From assembly GCA_033764315.1 (NCBI GenBank), contig JANRJA010000023.1, positions 64,926 through 128,925 on the forward strand: DNA of 64,000 nucleotides, written 5' to 3'. Source of the stretch: Oculatellaceae cyanobacterium bins.114 (GTDB taxonomy: Bacteria > Cyanobacteriota > Cyanobacteriia > Elainellales > Elainellaceae). This document shows, piece after piece, positions 57,573 through 64,000 of this stretch. The position numbers and the translations under genes are program-made. Every line of letters starts with the position of its first letter. Positions within the stretch are counted from its first letter, which is position 1. Below the pieces are notes generated by a model. The model was not told the origin of the DNA, did no database searches, and saw only the letters and a list, made by a program, of their open reading frames with translations.

Positions 57573-58622
57573 TTAAGGAACTTGCCAAGCTCGATCGTGA
57601 TATCGATCTGGCTCGGCGTAGGGATCAGCTGTAGGATGCCCGTGACCGTGTCCATGCCCATGATCGTGCCCAGACACCACACCCCCTTGAACAGCCGCTA
57701 AACGAAATTTACACATCTCGCAGTTCATTTGCACTTGCCCCAACTGGGTCTCAATTTCGCGATCGCGCAAAACTGACAATAGGTGAGGATGCATTCCCAT
57801 TTCGGGTAAGCAGGTCATGGAGATATCGGGATATAGCTCTTGTTGTTGAGCCGTGATATCAAAGATTTTTTTGACCAATGCTCCCGTAAACAAAAAGTAG
57901 GGCAAGACGATAATGCGTTTGGGGCTATACAAACGGGCCCGCCGGAAGCCCTCTTCTAGGCGGGGGTGGGTAATGCCAATAAAGCAGATCTCAACGGTGT
58001 TATAGCCGCTGCCTTCCCACAAAATTCGAGCCAGTTTATACACATCGCCATTAGCATCAGGATCACTGGCTCCGCGTCCGACAAACAGCAAGACGGTGTC
58101 AGCCCTTGAAATGCTGTTGGGGTTCCATCGGGGTTGATCTAAATCAGACAGGCGCGATCGCCACAGATCTAAGATGCCAGGAGTGATGCCAAAATGTCGC
58201 CCATAGTGAAAGGTTACCTGGGGATGTCGTTGTCGAGCGCGATCGAGTTCATTGGTGACATCAAACTTGTTATGGCGAGCTGCAAACAGCAGAATTGGCA
58301 GAACCGACAAATCAGTGTAGCCCTGCTCGACACAGGCATCGACCCCTTGTTGAATGCTAGGCTCGGTCAACTCTAAAAAGCAGGGAACCACAGGACGAGA
58401 AGAATCGAGTGATTGATATGCGGCTGCAAAGTCGAGGAGGCTTTGCCGTCCATCGGCGTCACGACTGCCATGCCCTACTAGCAAGACAGGACGCTGAATG
58501 GGCAGAGGTGACAACGTAATTTCTTCGGAAGAGGTAAAATCTAACGGATGTGTAACTGAGAATTGAGTAGGCTGTGACTGAGTAGGTTGTAATTGAGTGG
58601 AATGGTCGGTCGGAATTGTCAT
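57573..58622 (-). CDS. cbiX: sirohydrochlorin cobaltochelatase CbiX (long form)
   Basis: [42 protein letters not shown] Fe-S motif, His-rich tail. Confidence 0.93.
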   Translation of the reverse strand: MTIPTDHSTQLQPTQSQPTQFSVTHPLDFTSSEEITLSPLPIQRPVLLVGHGSRDADGRQSLLDFAAAYQSLDSSRPVVPCFLELTEPSIQQGVDACVEQGYTDLSVLPILLFAARHNKFDVTNELDRARQRHPQVTFHYGRHFGITPGILDLWRSRLSDLDQPRWNPNSISRADTVLLFVGRGASDPDANGDVYKLARILWEGSGYNTVEICFIGITHPRLEEGFRRARLYSPKRIIVLPYFLFTGALVKKIFDITAQQQELYPDISMTCLPEMGMHPHLLSVLRDREIETQLGQVQMNCEMCKFRLAAVQGGVVSGHDHGHGHGHGHPTADPYAEPDRYHDRAWQVP

Positions 58623-58675
58623 GCTAAATCAGACTCCGTTCCTGTGCGACGCAGGAAATAGAGTGAATAAACAGC

Positions 58676-58838
58676 CCAGCGGCATCCTGGCTTATAGTCA
58701 GGGATGGCGAGCGGAATCAGGCTCTATATTCATCCTCGATTCAAACTCGTTGATCCTTGCTACATTACAGTTGCGGCACAGCACCGGAATCTAACCGGAT
58801 TTTCCCGACAGAGCTGTTGTTCACTAGTGCTCCGTTAT
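58676..58838 (-). promoter_or_regulatory. cobalamin riboswitch
   Basis: Minus strand GGGAAAATCCGGTTAGATTCCGGTGCTGTGCCGCAACTGTAA ... AAGCCAGGATGCC (B12 box) directly upstream of cbiX. Confidence 0.9.
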
Positions 58839-58928
58839 CTTACCTTATTGGCAGGTATCCCAAAATCCCTGGAGGAGGGGTTGCTGACCAGAGGCAGTGA
58901 CTTGATTGATCGGATCTGGCCAAGATAC

Positions 58929-59022
58929 ATAGCAGTCCCAAATGGGTTGTAAGAAGCACACCTCAACGGGGTGCGCTTCTTATTACAACTCCCTATTCTC
59001 ACACATGATTTAGGACTGTTAT
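58929..59022. mobile_element. MITE-like element with terminal IRs and internal hairpin
   Basis: ATAGCAGTCCCAAAT ... ATTTAGGACTGTTAT; internal AGAAGCACACC-TCAACGG-GGTGCGCTTCT. Confidence 0.7.
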
Positions 59023-59082
59023 AGGTGGATGAGGTAATGGGAGAGCAAAGTAAGTTTTGAATTTTGAAATTAGATCAGTTGT

Positions 59083-59871
59083 ATGGCTTTGAGGCAACAA
59101 ATTGCATTCTATTTAGAGGATATTGAAACCCCCCTGGGGCGATTGATTAACTTTGTCATTACCGGGTTGGTATTATTCTCCTCTGCCATATTTATTGCTC
59201 TGACTTATCCCATTTCCGATTCGGCGCGAGCCATTCTAAACGTAATTGATACAGGCATTCTTGTTATTTTTTTAGTTGAGTATTTATTGCGATTTTGGTG
59301 TGCTGAGAACAAGGCAAAATACATTTTTAGCCTGTATTCTCTGATTGATTTAATGGCTATTCTGCCTTTCTTTTTAGGGGGAACAACTGATATTCGGTTC
59401 ATTCGATTATTTCGCTGGTTCCGAATTTTGCGACTCATTCGATTTATTGAAGGAAGAACAATTTTTGGCTATGTTAGCAGCGAAGATAGTGTGATTGTGA
59501 GCCGCATTTTATTCACGATCTTTGCCATTGTTTTTGTATTTTCTGGATTGATCTATCAGGTAGAGCATCCCTCTAACCCAGAGGGATTTAAAACCTTTTT
59601 GGATGCAATTTATTTCTCAGTTGCGACGATGACCACTGTTGGATTTGGGGATGTCACGCCAAAGTCAGAAATGGGGCGGTTTTTGACGATTCTCATGATC
59701 TTGACAGGAATTGCTCTCCTGCCTTGGCAACTCGGAAATTTGATCAAGCGATTAGTCAAAACAACGGATCAGGTTGAGATTGCCTGTCTTCAATGTGGCT
59801 TATCTGTCCACGATGACGATGCCCAATTTTGCAAAGCTTGCGGGACTGCCTTGAAGCCAAGAGATGCTTAA
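59083..59871 (+). CDS. 6-TM potassium channel (ion transporter) with C-terminal zinc ribbon
   Basis: S4 [17 protein letters not shown], pore [19 protein letters not shown]. Confidence 0.92.
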   Translation: MALRQQIAFYLEDIETPLGRLINFVITGLVLFSSAIFIALTYPISDSARAILNVIDTGILVIFLVEYLLRFWCAENKAKYIFSLYSLIDLMAILPFFLGGTTDIRFIRLFRWFRILRLIRFIEGRTIFGYVSSEDSVIVSRILFTIFAIVFVFSGLIYQVEHPSNPEGFKTFLDAIYFSVATMTTVGFGDVTPKSEMGRFLTILMILTGIALLPWQLGNLIKRLVKTTDQVEIACLQCGLSVHDDDAQFCKACGTALKPRDA

Positions 59872-61829
59872 CTAACTGCCGCTCCACGTTGCGCTTGGCG
59901 CATCTGAATCTGCTCTAAGTTGCCGATTGGAATCGCTGAAATCAACTGACGGGTATAGGCTTGCTGAGGTTCGCGGTAAATCTGCTCGGCAGGACCCACT
60001 TCCTCGATTTTGCCTCGGTTCATGACAACGATGCGATCGCTCATAAACTTGACCACACTCAAATCATGGGAGATGAAGATGTAGGTGAGTTTGAATTCCT
60101 CTTGCAACTCTTTGAGCAAGTTCAATACTTGTGCTTGCACCGAGACATCCAGTGCTGAAACGGATTCATCACAAATAATGAACTTAGGATTAAGGGCGAT
60201 CGCCCGAGCAATGCAGATGCGTTGGCGTTGACCACCCGAAAACTCATGGGGATAGCGATTGCTACAGTTGGGGTCTAGACCGACTCGTTCGAGCAAGTAG
60301 GCCACTCGTTCTGCTCGGTTGCGCTTACTGGTGCCAACTCGGTGAATTCTGAGGGGTTCCATCACAGCTTCCCCAATGGTCATGCGTGGGTCGAGGGAGC
60401 TAAACGGATCTTGAAAGATAATTTGCATTTCTCGCCGCAGTGTTCGTAGCTCTTTGGAGCTGAGTTGGTTGATGTCGCGCCCCTCAAACCAAACTTGTCC
60501 ACCCATTGATTTGACCAAACGCAACAAGGTGCGTGCCAGGGTTGATTTGCCACAGCCTGACTCACCCACCAACCCCAGTGTCTCACCGGGATAAACCTCA
60601 AATGAGACGTTGTTGACTGCCATGAGATAGCGTTGGGTTTGCCCTAAGACGCTGCGAATTGGGTAGCCCACTTGCAAATTGTTAACCTTAATCAAGGGAG
60701 ATTGTTGTTGGAGTTGAGCTAATCGCTGGCGGAGTTCTCCTTCACTCACCTCAGCGTTCATGCGCAACGCCTGATCGACATCCAACTGCTTTTCTTGAAT
60801 CACTGGTTCGCCATTGGAATTGACTTCGACTTCCATAAAGTCAGCCACCGTAGGCAAATACTTTAAACGGCGATCGAGCTGAGGGCGACAGGTCAAGAGT
60901 CCTTTGGTATAGGGGTGTTGTGGATTGGAGAAGATATCTACAACTGAGCCGTACTCTACAATCTTGCCCTGATACATGACGGCGACTGTGTCGGCAATAT
61001 CGGCAATGATGCTTAAGTCGTGGGTGATAAACATGATGGACATCCCCCGACGATCGCGCAACTCTCGCAGCAAATCGAGAATCGTCGCCTGCACTGTGAC
61101 GTCTAGGGCAGTCGTTGGTTCGTCAGCAATCAACAACGAGGGATTGCAGGAAATCGCCATAGCAATCATCATGCGTTGAATTTGCCCCCCCGATAACTCA
61201 TGGGGATAGCGATCTAAAATGGCGTGTTTTTGGTGATTAATCCCTTGACGAATATCCCGTTCAGAAGGAGTTTCAGGCATCTTGGCAGATGTTTGTCGCT
61301 GCTCCTGCCACTCCTGCAAAAATCGCTGTTCTAACTCCTCGTCACTGGGCAACAACTTGACCTCTTGCAGCAAGTTAATGGCTCTGCGACGTGCCTCTGG
61401 CAGAGCAATATCTTCGTGTTGTTGAATGGCCTCAATCAACTGAAACCCACAGGTATAGACCGGATTGAGTGAACTCAATGGTTCTTGAAAGATCATGGAA
61501 ATCTTGCCACCCCGATAGCTCTGGATCTGCTCTTTTGAAACAGAGAGCAAATTGATCGGATCAGATGGCTCTGAAGCTGACTCTGAGGGGGACGTTGTAG
61601 CTAACTCTCGAAACCAGATCTCACCGCCCAAGATTTTTCCGGGAGGGGTGGGCACTAAGCGCATGACCGCCAGAGCTGTTACAGATTTGCCAGAGCCAGA
61701 TTCACCTACAATGCCCAAGGTTTGCCCTCGTTTGACCTGAAACGAGATGTCATTGACCGCTTGGATGATGCGAGTATCGATTTGAAATTGAACTTGTAGG
61801 TTGCGAACGTCTAAAACAAGATCACTCAT
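59868..61829 (-). CDS. peptide/nickel ABC transporter ATP-binding protein, fused double ATPase
   Basis: Two sets: [23 protein letters not shown] and [23 protein letters not shown]. Confidence 0.93.
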   Translation of the reverse strand: MSDLVLDVRNLQVQFQIDTRIIQAVNDISFQVKRGQTLGIVGESGSGKSVTALAVMRLVPTPPGKILGGEIWFRELATTSPSESASEPSDPINLLSVSKEQIQSYRGGKISMIFQEPLSSLNPVYTCGFQLIEAIQQHEDIALPEARRRAINLLQEVKLLPSDEELEQRFLQEWQEQRQTSAKMPETPSERDIRQGINHQKHAILDRYPHELSGGQIQRMMIAMAISCNPSLLIADEPTTALDVTVQATILDLLRELRDRRGMSIMFITHDLSIIADIADTVAVMYQGKIVEYGSVVDIFSNPQHPYTKGLLTCRPQLDRRLKYLPTVADFMEVEVNSNGEPVIQEKQLDVDQALRMNAEVSEGELRQRLAQLQQQSPLIKVNNLQVGYPIRSVLGQTQRYLMAVNNVSFEVYPGETLGLVGESGCGKSTLARTLLRLVKSMGGQVWFEGRDINQLSSKELRTLRREMQIIFQDPFSSLDPRMTIGEAVMEPLRIHRVGTSKRNRAERVAYLLERVGLDPNCSNRYPHEFSGGQRQRICIARAIALNPKFIICDESVSALDVSVQAQVLNLLKELQEEFKLTYIFISHDLSVVKFMSDRIVVMNRGKIEEVGPAEQIYREPQQAYTRQLISAIPIGNLEQIQMRQAQRGAAVS

Positions 61830-62047
61830 GGGAGCAAGCACTCAAAAGGCGAACATGCCGAAGTTGGTTACAGCAATTTTCATGGGTGTATGCCACACCG
61901 TTCTTTTACTTCACCTGAATACACAGGCATTCGTTGTGTGGCACTCGTCTGAAAACCGCTGTAAATGGATTTTAACAGTGGCACAGCGGTTGATGTGTCA
62001 TTTCCAGCATTTTGCCTCTAAAAGGCGTTGCCTTTTGCCTGAATTCT

Positions 62048-62482
62048 TTAGTTTGAGCTAACTTCACGCGATCGCTCTCGAACCGATTGGTGTAATAAGC
62101 CCATTGCTTCAACTTGCTGAAAGGCTTGTTCGATGGTTAAACCCTGGCTCACCGCAACATGCATCAGGGCAATGGCTGCCGCGATCACCGCATTGCCACA
62201 GTGAATCAAGATTGGCTTTTCTAAGACATCAATTTGCCTCAAGACTCTCAGAGTCAATGCTCGATCGAGGGTTTCAGCATTGACTGGAATGTTTTGGTAA
62301 TTTAGCCCTAACAACTCGGCTTCTTGTTGTTCAGTATCAGGAAACCCAAGTTCATCTGGCGATCGCAAATTTAGAACCGAGTGATAGCCCTCACAGACAG
62401 CCTCTTTTAACTGAGTTGAAGTGACTTGTCCGGCGATCGCTAGATCGTCATTAATTCTACGAATAGTACTAGAACTAAGCAT
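62048..62482 (-). CDS. DUF442 / beta-lactamase hydrolase-like phosphatase-fold protein
   Basis: AIAGQV, GYHSVLNLRSPDE, LGLNYQNIPV, KPILIHC; GGAGG RBS before ATG 62482. Confidence 0.8.
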   Translation of the reverse strand: MLSSSTIRRINDDLAIAGQVTSTQLKEAVCEGYHSVLNLRSPDELGFPDTEQQEAELLGLNYQNIPVNAETLDRALTLRVLRQIDVLEKPILIHCGNAVIAAAIALMHVAVSQGLTIEQAFQQVEAMGLLHQSVRERSREVSSN

Positions 62483-62816
62483 TGCAGCCTCCTGCAAATT
62501 AGTCATTACGGGGCATTCATGCTGAGAGGTCATTGACAAAGCAATGTCGTGATATTGAGTAGGTTCAATACCAGGTTCAATACCTAAGAACTCATCAGGC
62601 ATTAATCCTCTAACGGCAAAGAGGCTTATCGTTCAATTAAGCTGGAAAAAACAGCCTAAAAGCTCAATAAATAAGCTTCTAAACCTTAAATAAAGGGGTA
62701 GAATCGCTTGCTCTGACCAACCCAAAAGAGTCAGTGAGTGACTAGAAAGCTGAGTAAATTTAGCTATAACTTAAAGTTACGAAAAGAATATGAGGAACTT
62801 GTGAGGACAGGATGCT

Positions 62817-63062
62817 TTAGACAGTAGGGCTATCTGAGACTTGTTTGCCCAAAATCTTTTGAAAGGGTTTGCTTTTGATCAAGTGGATGACGGAATAGGC
62901 AACAGTGCAAACCACCAGAATGATTGAGAGCCAGTGTAGCCAGGGCACATTCCAGCCTAAGCGGGCAAGCCCTAATAAGAGGACATCATCGATCAAGCTA
63001 ATCAAGAAGGGCAAAAGAGAACTCAAAATAAGCTGAGAGAGGTCTTCTAATTCAATATTCAT
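62817..63062 (-). CDS. small hypothetical membrane protein
   Basis: 81-aa ORF with two hydrophobic segments. Confidence 0.5.
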   Translation of the reverse strand: MNIELEDLSQLILSSLLPFLISLIDDVLLLGLARLGWNVPWLHWLSIILVVCTVAYSVIHLIKSKPFQKILGKQVSDSPTV

Positions 63063-63067
63063 ATACA

Positions 63068-63113
63068 GTGTTATTTCTTAACAGAATGTTATTTTTTAAC
63101 AGAGTGTTATCTC
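63068..63113. repeat. 18-bp tandem units each containing TGTTA-N5-TAACA
   Basis: GTGTTATTTCTTAACAGA ATGTTATTTTTTAACAGA GTGTTATCTC. Confidence 0.75.
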
Positions 63114-63348
63114 TAATGAGTGATCGCAGAGTTGAAGTTAAGCGATCGCTGCTTCTAAGACTAAAAAATAGTTCCGTGGTCAACGGTTAAAAAGTCTTAC
63201 ATCTAATGAAATCCGGTTTGGAAGATGTCGTAATTGCAGCTAATTGTGACTAACAATAGCGGATCTCAACCGCATTTTTGGGGTAATCCCGCATTTCGCA
63301 ATCTTGCGCTATAAAACGTTACGCCATCTTGCCGACAAATTTACGTTC

Positions 63349-63813
63349 TCAATCGACTATATACAAAAACATCGTTCCACTCTTGGGGTCAAATAATAAA
63401 TGGTAAAGATCGCCTTCGTAGCTGATGTAACACTGGCTTGAGGGGTGAATCCAGACATTCCACCAGAGCCGCATCGGGCCATGAGCAACGATATTCTGGC
63501 AAGGTCTTGCCTCGTTGGGTGTCAACTCTAACTGGTGCTGAGCCACAAAAGTGTTGATAAAGTCTTGATTGGTTTGAAATCTGAAGAAGAACGATGAATC
63601 AATGCCCCAGCCTTCTATCAAAAAGTGGGCATTAGATGCTGATAGTGCAGACATTGCCTCAGCAGGGGTTTTAGTGAGGTGTTGAAACTCGGCGATCGCC
63701 TCTGTGCCGCTTGACTCGTCTATGACAAATAGGTTGCTAAACAGCCATAAACCGAAACTTACGATTCCTACAAAGGCGATCGTTGAACCAATCCAGACAG
63801 CTTTACGTCCCAT
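63349..63813 (-). CDS. hypothetical membrane-anchored protein
   Basis: 154-aa ORF with N-terminal TM helix; no motif recognised. Confidence 0.6.
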   Translation of the reverse strand: MGRKAVWIGSTIAFVGIVSFGLWLFSNLFVIDESSGTEAIAEFQHLTKTPAEAMSALSASNAHFLIEGWGIDSSFFFRFQTNQDFINTFVAQHQLELTPNEARPCQNIVAHGPMRLWWNVWIHPSSQCYISYEGDLYHLLFDPKSGTMFLYIVD

Positions 63814-64000
63814 GTTTCATTCCAAGTTACAAATAAATTGGGGCAACTTTACCCGCTATTATTCATTCCTGGATTGAGATTAATTTTGGGGAGAGTCTCG
63901 ACTTATACCCATTGCAACAACCACCCTGTGACTAAGAGCCTATCCGAAAACCTGAATTGCCCTTATAGCAATACATGCAAAAGCAAGGTGGATCATCGCT

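Noticed and set aside
1-64000. Very frequent GCGATCGC octamer
   Set aside because: This is the well-known cyanobacterial HIP1; used only as a taxonomic and foreign-DNA marker
1-64000. CRISPR arrays, tRNA/rRNA genes, intact transposases
   Set aside because: No regularly spaced repeat-spacer series, cloverleaf/rRNA signatures or DDE/Y1 ORFs seen by eye; a tRNAscan/Infernal run would be needed to be sure
63934-64000. AGAGCCTATCCGAAAA as a possible IS/MITE end
   Set aside because: No partner repeat or transposase within the window; cannot be supported

Overview
Gene-dense chromosomal window from a cyanobacterium. The evidence is the HIP1 octamer GCGATCGC every few hundred bp and cyanobacterial marker genes (CRR6, FurC, IctB, SipA, DUF1815/DUF2839). 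A filamentous Leptolyngbya/Oculatella-like organism is my inference. Most genes are housekeeping: glyA end, mscS, cysE, ileS, sppA, aroH, ptrB, tyrA, an M16 pair, cbiX with a cobalamin riboswitch, a K+ channel and an ABC ATPase. I saw no rRNA, tRNA, CRISPR array or intact transposase. Five regions stand out. (1) A ~15 kb type IV pilin locus (42-57 kb): three glycosyltransferases of different families (GT41/OGT, GT61-like, GT9-like) share one N-terminal module and sit beside three methyltransferase-type genes and SigJ/SigF-type promoter boxes, a candidate pilin glycosylation/methylation pathway. (2) An AT-rich mini defence island with a decayed toxin-antitoxin pair and a solitary AbiJ-like/PD-(D/E)xK nuclease. 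(3) Two tandem subtilases that look circularly permuted. (4) A GT4 gene whose expected start codon is replaced by ATC inside a HIP1 site. (5) Several miniature palindromic/MITE-like repeats, one translated in-frame inside a membrane protein. All family assignments come from motif recognition by eye, not from database searches.
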